A program made the translations under genes and the position numbers. A stretch of 62,946 nucleotides of DNA, taken from Methanobacteriota archaeon (GTDB lineage: Archaea; Thermoplasmatota; Thermoplasmata; RBG-16-68-12). The notes below the pieces were generated by a model that was given only the letters and a program-made list of their open reading frames with translations, did not search any database and was not told the DNA's origin. Below, piece by piece: positions 19,161-27,838 of the stretch (position 1 is its first letter; each line of letters begins with the position of its first letter). Location: contig VBLT01000120.1 in the NCBI GenBank assembly GCA_005878615.1, positions 1 to 62,946 of the forward strand, given 5' to 3'.

Positions 19161-20731
19161 ATCCGGCCGAACTCGAGATCCTGCGGACCGGATTCGCGTT
19201 CATCCCGGAGGAAATGGGCGTTGCGCTGAAACGAAGCGCCTATTCGCCGAACATCAAGGAGCGGATGGACGCGAGTTGCGCCTTGTTCGACGAGGCCGGC
19301 CGGATGGTCTCGCAGGCCGAACATATCCCGGTCCATCTCGGCTCGATGCCCGCCGCAGTGGACGCGGTCCTGCGGGATTTCCCCGGCACGTTGCGGGAGG
19401 GCGACCAGGTCATCCTGAACGATCCCTATCGAGGCGGGACGCACCTCCCGGACGTGACGCTTGTCCGGCCCGTGTTCGTCCGGACCGAATTGGTCGGCTT
19501 CACGGCGAATCGCGCCCACCACGCAGACATCGGCGGGATCGCGCCCGGATCGATGCCCGCGGACGCCGTGCATCTGGAGGAGGAAGGCATCGTCCTGGAG
19601 CCGCAGAAGTTCCTCGACCGCGGCGAGGAGCGCCGCTCGATCCTCGACCGGTTCCGGGAGGAGACCCTCAATCCCGTTGAGCGACTCGGGGATCTCCGCG
19701 CGCAGGTGGCCGCCAATGAACTGGGCGCCCGGCGTCTCGCGGAATTTGCGGACAAGTGGGGCGTGACCCGCCTTCGGTCCCACATCGGGGAACTCCTCGA
19801 CTATGCGGAACGGCGCATGCGATCCGCCATCCAGACGCTCCCGCGAGGGACATGGGCCGCCGAGGATTACCTCGAGTCCGCCGGCTCCCGCGACTCGCAG
19901 AAAATTCGCATCCGGGCCGAGGTCACGATTGGCGGTTCGGGCTTGACGGTCGACTTCCAAGGCACGGATCGCCAGGTCCGCGGAAACGTGAACGCTCCGT
20001 TCGCGGTGACCTTGAGTGCCACGTATTACGTCGTCCGATGTGTCACGGATCCCGACGCGCCGCGGAACGCCGGCGCGTATCGACCGGTCCGGGTCCTCGC
20101 GGAGGAAGGCCTGCTCGTCCGACCCCGAAGCCCAGCCGCAGTGGCCGCGGGGAACGTGGAAACCTCCCAGCGAATCGTTGACGTCCTGTTCCTCGCCCTC
20201 TCGGAGCCCTTGGCGGACCGGGTACCGGCCCAGAGCCAGGGGACGATGAACAACCTCACCATCGGCGCGGTCGACCGAGTGCCTTTCTCGTACTACGAGA
20301 CCATCGCAGGCGGCGAAGGCGCTCTCCCGTTCCGCCGCGGCATGTCCGGCGTGCACACCCACATGACGAATACGCGGAACACGCCCATCGAGGCCTTGGA
20401 GCTCGCGATGCCCCTCCGCGTCGAGGAATATCGCCTCATCCCCGGCTCGGGAGGCGCCGGCCGTTTCGCGGGAGGCGATGGCGTGCGTCGGTCCGTCCGG
20501 TTCCTCGGTCGAGCTGGGACGGCATCGATCCTCTCCGAGCGACGATCCCTGCGACCCCGGGGCTTGAAGGGCGGCGAAGACGGCCGGCCGGGGCGAAATC
20601 GGCTCGTCCGAAAGGGCCGCCGAAAGACGCTCCCGGCCAAGGTCACGCTCCCTCTGCGGCGGGACGATCTCCTGATCATCGAGACGCCCGGAGGCGGCGG
20701 CTGGGGAAGGCCCCGAGCGCCGCAGCGGTGA
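19157..20731 (+). CDS. hydantoinase/oxoprolinase family, B (HyuB-like) subunit
   Basis: ALKRSAYSPNIKERMDASCALFD... NDPYRGGTHLPDV. ATGA overlap with hyuA. Confidence 0.9.
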   Translation: MNPAELEILRTGFAFIPEEMGVALKRSAYSPNIKERMDASCALFDEAGRMVSQAEHIPVHLGSMPAAVDAVLRDFPGTLREGDQVILNDPYRGGTHLPDVTLVRPVFVRTELVGFTANRAHHADIGGIAPGSMPADAVHLEEEGIVLEPQKFLDRGEERRSILDRFREETLNPVERLGDLRAQVAANELGARRLAEFADKWGVTRLRSHIGELLDYAERRMRSAIQTLPRGTWAAEDYLESAGSRDSQKIRIRAEVTIGGSGLTVDFQGTDRQVRGNVNAPFAVTLSATYYVVRCVTDPDAPRNAGAYRPVRVLAEEGLLVRPRSPAAVAAGNVETSQRIVDVLFLALSEPLADRVPAQSQGTMNNLTIGAVDRVPFSYYETIAGGEGALPFRRGMSGVHTHMTNTRNTPIEALELAMPLRVEEYRLIPGSGGAGRFAGGDGVRRSVRFLGRAGTASILSERRSLRPRGLKGGEDGRPGRNRLVRKGRRKTLPAKVTLPLRRDDLLIIETPGGGGWGRPRAPQR

Positions 20732-22113
20732 ATGTAGGCTACCTGCATCGGGGACGTTCACCCGATGCATCTGTGTTTGTCGTCGTGGACCTCCTCGGCG
20801 TCCTGGCAGCCTTCGTCGGAGTCGTCCTCCTCGGCGTCGCGGTCGGGATGCTCACCGGACTCTCCCCCGGACTTCACGTGAACAACGTGGCCGCGCTCCT
20901 CCTGGCCACGCGAGGCGTCTGGGCTGGATTTCTCGGAATCCTCGTCCCCGAGATCGCGGCGGATCCCGCGGCGATCGGGACCTTGCTGTCCTCGTTCCTG
21001 CTCGCGACGGCGGCGGCCCACGGGGTTTCGAGCCTCATTCCCAGCGTGTTCCTCGGCGCGCCGACGGAGGACACGGCCCTCGCGACCTTGCCGGGCCATC
21101 GTCTCCTCTTGGCGGGAGAGGGCCCGAGGGCGGTCGCGCTCGCGGCCCGCGGAGCGACGCTCGGGACCCTTTTCGCGGTCCTCCTCCTGGTCCCGCTCCG
21201 ATTTGTGCTGAGCGATCCGATCGAGCTGGCCGCCCGATTCCGTCCGTGGAGCGCGCTGTTCCTCCTGGGCTTGCTCGGCGCGATCCTCGCCACCGAGTTC
21301 CGGGGACGGCACCGGATTCGGCGGGGCCTCCGAGCGGCGTGGGTTCAGGGCCTCGCGGGCCTCCTCGGCATCCTGACCCTTCGCGGGACGGTCCCCCTCG
21401 ATCCGAACATCGTGCTGTTCCCTCTCTTCTCCGGCCTCTTCGGACTGCCGACGCTCTTCATCAGCCTCCGAGGCAACTCGGGTCGGATCCCGGCGCAGCG
21501 TATCGATTCGCTGCGTCGCCTTTCGTGGAGCGATGCCCGCAGCGCGTTGCGAGGGACGGCCGCGGGTGCGGCGATCTCCTGGCTCCCTGGCCTCAGCGGC
21601 GGCGCGGCCGCGACCCTGGCATCGATCGGAAGGCGCAACCGCACCGGGCCGGGGCAATTCATGATCGTCCTCGGGGCGGTGTCCGCGTCGACGGGCCTCC
21701 TGAGCGCCGCGGTGCTCTTCATGATTCATCGGACGCGCAGCGGCGTCGCGGCCGGAGTCAAGGAACTCGCGGGAGATCCGGCGGCCTGGTCCGGCTTCGG
21801 CATCCCGGCCACCTTGGTCGCGCTCGTCGTGTCCACTTCGCTCGCGACTGCGTTGGCGGCCCCGATGGCGGCCCGGCTGGCTCAACGGATCGCGCGCCGC
21901 TGGTCGACCTGGGATCCGCGGAAAGTTTCCATCGTTTCCATCGCGGTGATCGAGGGCCTCCTGTTCGTCGTGACCGGTTGGCCAGGTGTCGCCGTTGCGG
22001 CCGTCGCGAGCCTGGTCGGGCTCGTGCCGGTGGCCCTTCGCGTGCGCCGCATCCATTTGATGGCCTCCCTCCTGGTCCCCGTCCTCCTGACGTACGTCCT
22101 CCCCGCTCCCTGA
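20728..22113 (+). CDS. TctA-like (DUF112) multi-pass membrane transporter
   Basis: GLSPGLHVNNVAALLL and GAPTEDTALATLPGHRLLLAGEGPRAVALAARGATLG resemble TctA-family repeats. The GTG start overlaps the hyuB stop (GTGA). Confidence 0.65.
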   Translation: MNVGYLHRGRSPDASVFVVVDLLGVLAAFVGVVLLGVAVGMLTGLSPGLHVNNVAALLLATRGVWAGFLGILVPEIAADPAAIGTLLSSFLLATAAAHGVSSLIPSVFLGAPTEDTALATLPGHRLLLAGEGPRAVALAARGATLGTLFAVLLLVPLRFVLSDPIELAARFRPWSALFLLGLLGAILATEFRGRHRIRRGLRAAWVQGLAGLLGILTLRGTVPLDPNIVLFPLFSGLFGLPTLFISLRGNSGRIPAQRIDSLRRLSWSDARSALRGTAAGAAISWLPGLSGGAAATLASIGRRNRTGPGQFMIVLGAVSASTGLLSAAVLFMIHRTRSGVAAGVKELAGDPAAWSGFGIPATLVALVVSTSLATALAAPMAARLAQRIARRWSTWDPRKVSIVSIAVIEGLLFVVTGWPGVAVAAVASLVGLVPVALRVRRIHLMASLLVPVLLTYVLPAP

Positions 22114-22164
22114 GGAAAGGGTAATGAGCCAACGTTTGCATCCCTCAAACGGAGGGGCCTTTCG

Positions 22165-22920
22165 ATGCAAGGCGGGCAGACGCGATCCCGGGATTTCCTC
22201 GAAGGGCTCTCGTTCGTCCTCGCGAGTCGACAGCGCGAAACGGTCCTCGCCGCCGTCATCCCGGGGCCGAAGACGCCCATGCAGGTCGCGAAACAGACGG
22301 GGCTGCACCTGCCGCACGTGAGCCGCGCGCTCGGTCAACTCGTCCGCACGGACCTCGTCGAGCGGGTCGCGGGCCAGCGCCGCGGTCGGCTCTATGCCGC
22401 CTCGGGCCTCGGCCGCGCAGTCTTCGGAGAGCTCGCGGAGGAGCGGGGCGACCGGATCGTCGCGCCAATGATCCGAGGCGGTCACCTTCGGAACTATCAC
22501 CATTGGGTCGCGACCCACCACACGTCGACGGCCGCGGACGAGATCCTGATTGGCGTCGCGATCGAAGCGCGTTTCGGAGACGGCACCTACGAGACGATTC
22601 GACGCATGCTCCGCGAGGAGGCGAAGAACTTTTCGTCGGCCAAGCGCCTCATCTCAAAGGTGATTCCCTTCACGCTCTTGCTCGAGTTGTCCCCGAATGC
22701 GTACTCGCGGGAGTTCAACCACGGACGCCTCGAGGTCGAGGTCCAGGGGCATCGCGCCCTGCTCAAGAACTACGATTGGATCAGCAGCCCCGCCCGCTGC
22801 GCGGCGTGGTTGGGCGCGTACGAGGGGTTCGTCCAGATGCTGAAGATCGAGGCCACCGTGACGAAGGTCGCGTGCATGCTCCGAGGCGACCCGTACTGCG
22901 GTTACCAGCTGGATTGGTGA
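22165..22920 (+). CDS. winged-helix (ArsR/TrmB-like) transcriptional regulator with C-terminal V4R domain
   Basis: The N-terminus PKTPMQVAKQTGLHLPHVSRALGQLVRTDLVERV is wHTH-like. The C-terminus ...CAAWLGAYEGFVQML...VACMLRGDPYCGYQL matches the V4R Cys pattern. Confidence 0.65.
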   Translation: MQGGQTRSRDFLEGLSFVLASRQRETVLAAVIPGPKTPMQVAKQTGLHLPHVSRALGQLVRTDLVERVAGQRRGRLYAASGLGRAVFGELAEERGDRIVAPMIRGGHLRNYHHWVATHHTSTAADEILIGVAIEARFGDGTYETIRRMLREEAKNFSSAKRLISKVIPFTLLLELSPNAYSREFNHGRLEVEVQGHRALLKNYDWISSPARCAAWLGAYEGFVQMLKIEATVTKVACMLRGDPYCGYQLDW

Positions 22921-23099
22921 TACTGGCTCCCCGAAACGCCCGTACCGAACGGAACAAAGCCTGGTAACCAATTGGTAATATGGCCTTATCCCCGAAGGGG
23001 TTGGTCTGCTTCTGGGCAGGAATCTCGGGACGAAATCCTCGTCTGGAGGGATGCTTGCCTAAGCCCGTCCTCGAGGGGAGTCGCGGACGGGTTCCTTTC

Positions 23100-23648
23100 T
23101 TACGAGTCCTCGTGGTTTTCGCGGGTGCCGTACGGCGTCGAGTACTTATGGGTCTCGCGGATGCGCTCGGTCCCGTCGATCTCCTTGATGTACGCCGCGA
23201 CCACCGCGGGGACGAGGGACTCCCAATCTTCGCCCTTGAGGATCCGATGGCGGACCGTGGTCCCCGAGAGCCGCTCGCGGTCCAGCAGCGGCGGCGAGAG
23301 CGCCTTCAGGCCGTGCTCCCGGAACAGCCGCACGACGAGGTCGGAGTTCGTGTAGACAACGTCGAAGCGCGGGACGAGGGACGTGACATGGCTGACCCAC
23401 ACGCTGTGCACGTGGGTGTCGGGGATCGGGACGATGTGGTAGTTGTGGATCCCCTCGGCGTCGAGGGCTCTCTTGATCATCTCGTACCGCTCGCCGGCGG
23501 TGAAAGGATTCTCGCCCGTGTGGCTGTACTGGGCCGAGCCGATTCCGACGATGATCTCCTCGTTCGATTCCAGGATCCGCCTCACCATCGCGAGGTGCCC
23601 GCGATGGAACGGCTGGAACCGGCCGATGAAGAAGGCGCGTCCCGTCAT
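23100..23648 (-). CDS. nadM: nicotinamide-nucleotide adenylyltransferase (archaeal NMNAT)
   Basis: FIGRFQPFHRGHLAMV (HxGH-type motif), GIGSAQYSHTGENPFTAGER. Internal ATG 23648. Confidence 0.9.
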   Translation of the reverse strand: MTGRAFFIGRFQPFHRGHLAMVRRILESNEEIIVGIGSAQYSHTGENPFTAGERYEMIKRALDAEGIHNYHIVPIPDTHVHSVWVSHVTSLVPRFDVVYTNSDLVVRLFREHGLKALSPPLLDRERLSGTTVRHRILKGEDWESLVPAVVAAYIKEIDGTERIRETHKYSTPYGTRENHEDS

Positions 23649-23812
23649 TCGGATTCGTCTCCCACGAAGTGTCCGATGTACGGGCAATCGAGCGTGAGGA
23701 ACTTGCGGCAATGGATGCAACGGCCGTCATCGTGGACGGACGCAAGGGCCGCGTTGACTTCGTAGCAAGGCATCGGTTCCGAGAATTCGAACGGCTCCAG
23801 GCCCTCGTCCAC
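23645..23812 (-). CDS. small Cys-rich protein (55 aa from GTG 23812, or 42 aa from ATG 23773)
   Basis: Not listed in the ORF track. Hand translation gives VDEGLEPFEFSEPMPCYEVNAALASVHDDGRCIHCRKFLTLDCPYIGHFVGDESE. High GC3. Its stop overlaps the NMNAT start (ATGA). It begins 18 nt after the lonB stop. Confidence 0.4.
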   Translation of the reverse strand: MDEGLEPFEFSEPMPCYEVNAALASVHDDGRCIHCRKFLTLDCPYIGHFVGDESE

Positions 23813-23829
23813 AGGCTCTCTCCGGAAGC

Positions 23830-25815
23830 TCAGTGGGGGACTGCGCCGAGGCCGGGCTTGTCCGGGGTCATCTTGGGAACGAGCGCCGCGAGCTTGCTGA
23901 TCAGGCCCGACTTCTTCGGGCCTACGAGGGCTTGCTCCAAGACCTCGCTCAAGGTGTCGACGGGGACGATTTGGATCTTCCCTTGGTACTTGTCCTCCAG
24001 CAGGACGTCCTTCATGTTCGACCGCGGGATGACGACCTTCTCGATCCCGAGTTCGGCCGCGGCTTCGATCTTCGCGGTCACGCCGCCGACGGGCAGGACC
24101 TGTCCGCGCACGCTCAGGGAGCCGGTCATCGCGACCGCCTGGTTCACCGGGACTTCTTCGAGGGCGCTGATGACCGCGGTCGCGACGGAGATCGAGGCGC
24201 TGTCGCCTTCCGTGCCTTCGCGGGACCCGACGAACTGGACGTGGATGTCGTGGTTCGAGATGTCCTCGCCGGTGTACTTCTTGATGAGCGCGGCGACGTT
24301 CTCGACCGCCTCCTTCGCGATTTCACCGAGCCGGCCGGTGGCGATGATGCGCCCGCCTTGCTTCGCTTGCGCAGGGGTCACCTCGGCGGCAATGGGCAAG
24401 ACGATGCCACTGAATTCCGCGATCGAGTTGTCGCCGACGAGGACCGCGAGACCGTTGACCATGCCGACGATCGATCCTTCCGTGATGAAGGTCTGGTACT
24501 CCTTGCCCCGCTCGATCATGCGGTCCGCGACCTGCTGCTCGAGGGAGCGCGCGATGCGCTTCGCGTTCAGGACGTGCTTCGCCGTCACGAGGGGAGTCCC
24601 TTCCTCCTGGGCGATGTCCCCCGCGACGCGGATCAATCCGCCCAACTCGCGAAGGCGCAGGGTGAGTTGTCCACGGCGGCCGGCCCTTCGCTGGGCCTCC
24701 CGGAGGATTTCCAGGACCGCGGTGCGGTCGAAGTGCGGGATCTTCCGATCTTTCGAGACCTCCTGCGCGACGAACCGGACCAGCTTGAGGCGGTTGTCCT
24801 CCGTGTCCAGCATCGTGGCCTTCATGTAGATCTCGTATCCGTATCCGCGGATGCGGGACCGCAGCGCCGGGTGCATCCCTTGGACCGCGTCCAGGTTTCC
24901 CGCGGCGACGAGGATGAAGTCGCATGGGACCGCCTCCGTCTTGACCATCGCGCCGGACGACCGCTCGCTCTGGCCGACGATCGAGAATTTCTTCTCCTGC
25001 ATCGCGGTCAGCAGGCTCTGCTGGCTCTCCATGCGGAGGACGTTGATCTCGTCCACGAAGAGGACGCCCTTGTGGGCCTTGTGGATCGCGCCGGATTCGA
25101 CGCGCTCATGCGCGGGGGTCTCGAGGCCGCCGCTCTGGAAGGGATCGTGCTTGACGTCCCCGAGCAAGGCGCCGGCGTGACTCCCGGTCGCGTCGATGAA
25201 GGGCGGCATCTCATCGGCCGTGTGGCTGACGAGGAGCTTCGGGACCATCAGGTTCTCCTGACGGTGGCCCGTGTACCGCGTCGCGATGTAGATGATCGCC
25301 GCGACGAGGATCCCGAACAGGATGATATTCGGGGCATCCGTGCGGAAGCTCGGCTCCGGCGCGCCCCATTGGTAGGAGAGGATGACGCTCAGGCCGATGA
25401 TGAAGAACACGATCGTCATCACCATGGAGGCCTTCTGTTCCCGGCGTTGCATCGCCTCGGCCTTCTGGGCGTTCACGATCTCGCGGCCTTTGCCCGCGGG
25501 GACGACGCGGATCTTGGGTTCGTTCGGGTCCTCGGGATTGTGATACACGATGATGTCCTGGAGATCGTCCCGGGGCAGGAGTTCCGTCATCGCCCGGGCC
25601 AACATCGACTTCCCGGTGCCCGGGTCGCCGATCAACATGACATGCCGCTTCTGTTCGGCGGCTTTGCGGATGACTTCCACGGCCCGTTCCTGACCGATGA
25701 CTTGGTCCACGAGCCGCTCGGGGATTTTCACTTCCGCCGTGGACCGGAAGTCGACCTTGTTAATCCACGAATCCACAGGCGGGAGTTCTTCCGGTTCTCC
25801 CGCTGTCTCCACCAT
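23830..25815 (-). CDS. lonB: archaeal membrane-bound Lon protease (LonB)
   Basis: Walker A LIGDPGTGKSM, two TM helices inserted in the AAA+ domain, and C-terminal protease domain GDSASISVATAVISAL. Confidence 0.95.
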   Translation of the reverse strand: MVETAGEPEELPPVDSWINKVDFRSTAEVKIPERLVDQVIGQERAVEVIRKAAEQKRHVMLIGDPGTGKSMLARAMTELLPRDDLQDIIVYHNPEDPNEPKIRVVPAGKGREIVNAQKAEAMQRREQKASMVMTIVFFIIGLSVILSYQWGAPEPSFRTDAPNIILFGILVAAIIYIATRYTGHRQENLMVPKLLVSHTADEMPPFIDATGSHAGALLGDVKHDPFQSGGLETPAHERVESGAIHKAHKGVLFVDEINVLRMESQQSLLTAMQEKKFSIVGQSERSSGAMVKTEAVPCDFILVAAGNLDAVQGMHPALRSRIRGYGYEIYMKATMLDTEDNRLKLVRFVAQEVSKDRKIPHFDRTAVLEILREAQRRAGRRGQLTLRLRELGGLIRVAGDIAQEEGTPLVTAKHVLNAKRIARSLEQQVADRMIERGKEYQTFITEGSIVGMVNGLAVLVGDNSIAEFSGIVLPIAAEVTPAQAKQGGRIIATGRLGEIAKEAVENVAALIKKYTGEDISNHDIHVQFVGSREGTEGDSASISVATAVISALEEVPVNQAVAMTGSLSVRGQVLPVGGVTAKIEAAAELGIEKVVIPRSNMKDVLLEDKYQGKIQIVPVDTLSEVLEQALVGPKKSGLISKLAALVPKMTPDKPGLGAVPH

Positions 25816-25935
25816 CTTCTGACCGGCCCCTCGCTAGGGTCAGTTTGAATACACGAGCCTTCTACTTAAACACTTTGACCTTGGACACATTGGTGAGATT
25901 TCGAAGATCGCCCTCGCAATTCCGAATTTTCTCCA

Positions 25936-25994
25936 GAGAAAACACGCGACAAACGGAAATCCCGTGCACGAAAACGTGCGGACTTGTGTCGCGT
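25936..25994 (-). terminator. nested hairpin followed by a U-run just 3' of GTPase gene 1
   Basis: Outer stem ACGCGACA (25944-51) / TGTCGCGT (25987-94). Inner stem GCACG-AAAA-CGTGC (25966-79). On the minus strand the structure is followed by GUUUUCUCU. Confidence 0.35.
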
Positions 25995-26007
25995 TCGACC
26001 GTGGAAT

Positions 26008-26547
26008 CTACGCGGCGCGCGAGGCGATCATCTTGGCGAGCTTCGCGAACGCGTCCTCGACGTTCTGTCCGGTCTTCGCGGAGGTGAACACGTAGGGGGC
26101 GTGGTAGGATTCCGCGGTCCGGCGGATGTCCGCCTCCGTCAGGTCCATCTCGTCCTTCAAGTCCGCCTTGTTCGCGAGGAACTCGATCGGCACGTTGCCC
26201 GTGACCTTGACCACCGCCGCGACCCAGTCGGCCAAATCGTCGAGCGTCTGCCTCCTCGTCACGTCGCAGACGGCGAGGACTCCCTGGGCCCCGTGGAAAT
26301 AGGCCTCCTTGAGGAGTTCGCGGAATCCTTTCTCGCCCATGATGTCCCAGATGGTCATGTCGATATCGGACCCGCCGGTGGGGCCGTCGATTTTGATCTC
26401 CTTCTTCGAGACCTTCGCCCCGAGCGTCGAGATGTAGCGATCGTCGAACTGGTCCTGGATGAACCGTCGGATCAGGCACGTCTTGCCGACGGCGCCTTCC
26501 CCGACGAGGCAGATTTTCACCTTCATCTTCTGGCGGTCCATTTCCAT
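26008..26547 (-). CDS. Ras/Rab-like small GTPase, paralog 1
   Basis: G1 GEGAVGKT, switch I YISTLG, G3 WDIMGEKGF, G4 NKAD, G5 TSAKTG. 179 aa, with no C-terminal prenylation Cys. Confidence 0.85.
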   Translation of the reverse strand: MEMDRQKMKVKICLVGEGAVGKTCLIRRFIQDQFDDRYISTLGAKVSKKEIKIDGPTGGSDIDMTIWDIMGEKGFRELLKEAYFHGAQGVLAVCDVTRRQTLDDLADWVAAVVKVTGNVPIEFLANKADLKDEMDLTEADIRRTAESYHAPYVFTSAKTGQNVEDAFAKLAKMIASRAA

Positions 26548-26604
26548 CCTCTGGTTCGACGTATCGCGAGCACTATCCTCAGGTTATAAAGGCGTTGCCC
26601 AACG

Positions 26605-26622
26605 GTTATCTTCGGGGATAAC
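26605..26622 (-). promoter_or_regulatory. 18-nt palindrome GTTATC-N6-GATAAC, 14 nt upstream of a TTTATAA box (26584-26590) for GTPase 1
   Basis: The plus strand reads GTTATCTTCGGGGATAAC. It matches the site at 27896-27913 at 16 of 18 positions, with the same spacing to a TATA-like element. Confidence 0.5.
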
Positions 26623-26654
26623 ACGCGTGCGACGCGATCGAAAATTGTCGTGGT

Positions 26655-27212
26655 TCAGGCGTCGCCGTGATGACCGATCGCATCCGCGAGGGCTTGGAAC
26701 GCCTCGTTCACGCCATGCCCCGTCTTCGCGGACGCGAGGAAATGCGAGGCGCTGTGGATCGTGCCCATCCGCGCGAGTTCCTCCTCGCTGACGACGCGCC
26801 GTTCCAGGAGGTCCATCTTGTTCCCGAGGAACACGATCGGGACGTTCCCGACCTGCTTGCGGATCATCTGAACCCAGTTGTTGAGATCGTAGAACGTGTC
26901 CTTGCGCGTCAGATCGCAGACCGCGATGACGCCATGCGAGCCTTCGAAGTACGCGTCCCGGAGGAGGGCCCGGAAACCTTTCTCGCCCATGATGTCCCAC
27001 ACCATCATGTCGAGCATCGCGGGCGCACCCCGCCATTCCACTTCGACGGTCTTCTTCGTGACCTTCGTCCCGACCGTCGCGATGTACCGGTCATCGAATT
27101 CGTCCTGGACGAACCGCCGGATGAGGGAGGTCTTCCCGACCGCGACATCCCCGACCAAACACACCTTGGCCTTGACGTGCTTCAGGCCGGTCACCGCGGG
27201 CGTCGCCATCAT
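26655..27212 (-). CDS. Ras/Rab-like small GTPase, paralog 2
   Basis: Internal ATG 27212 of ORF 26655..27560. G1 GDVAVGKT, YIATVG, G3 WDIMGEKGF, NKMD, ASAKTG. Confidence 0.85.
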   Translation of the reverse strand: MMATPAVTGLKHVKAKVCLVGDVAVGKTSLIRRFVQDEFDDRYIATVGTKVTKKTVEVEWRGAPAMLDMMVWDIMGEKGFRALLRDAYFEGSHGVIAVCDLTRKDTFYDLNNWVQMIRKQVGNVPIVFLGNKMDLLERRVVSEEELARMGTIHSASHFLASAKTGHGVNEAFQALADAIGHHGDA

Positions 27213-27274
27213 GCGGCTCGAAACGGACTCCGTCTTATGTACCGTGAGGACGCGATTCTCGTCGATGATAATTC

Positions 27275-27838
27275 TTATTCTTCCGCGACGACTTTCCGCG
27301 CGTATCGCTCCTTCGCGACGCGCTCCGCCAGGGATTGGAAGGCGGTCTCGACGTTGACACCGGCCTTCGCCGATGTGAAATGGAACGGGCTGTCGTAGGC
27401 CCTTGCGGCCTGGACCATTTCGTCCTCCGTAATCTGGAGCTGGTCCTTCAGGTCGACCTTGTTCCCCAAGAATTCGATCGGGATCTTGCCGGTCACGCTG
27501 TAGACGCCCTCGATCCAGTCGTCCAGGTCGTCGAGCGTCTTGCGGCGCGTCACGTCGCACACCGCGAGAATGCCGCGAGCGCCGTAGAAGTAGGCCTCCT
27601 TGAGCAGCTCCCGGAATCCCTTCTGGCCCATGATGTCCCAGATCGTCATGTCGATCTTCAGCTCGCCCGTGCCGTCGGGACTGGGCGAGGCGAGTTCCTT
27701 CTTCGAGACCTTCGTGCCAAGGGTCTGAATGTACTTGTCATCGAAGTTGTCGAGCACGAATCGCCGGATGAGGGAGGTCTTGCCGACTGCGGCTTCGCCG
27801 ATGAGACAAACCTTCACCTTCATCCTCTTGACATCCAT
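27275..27838 (-). CDS. Ras/Rab-like small GTPase, paralog 3
   Basis: G1 GEAAVGKT, YIQTLG, G3 WDIMGQKGF, NKVD, TSAKAG. ATG 27838 (MDVKRMKVKV) is preferred over 27862, based on alignment with paralog 1 and the TATA position. Confidence 0.85.
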   Translation of the reverse strand: MDVKRMKVKVCLIGEAAVGKTSLIRRFVLDNFDDKYIQTLGTKVSKKELASPSPDGTGELKIDMTIWDIMGQKGFRELLKEAYFYGARGILAVCDVTRRKTLDDLDDWIEGVYSVTGKIPIEFLGNKVDLKDQLQITEDEMVQAARAYDSPFHFTSAKAGVNVETAFQSLAERVAKERYARKVVAEE

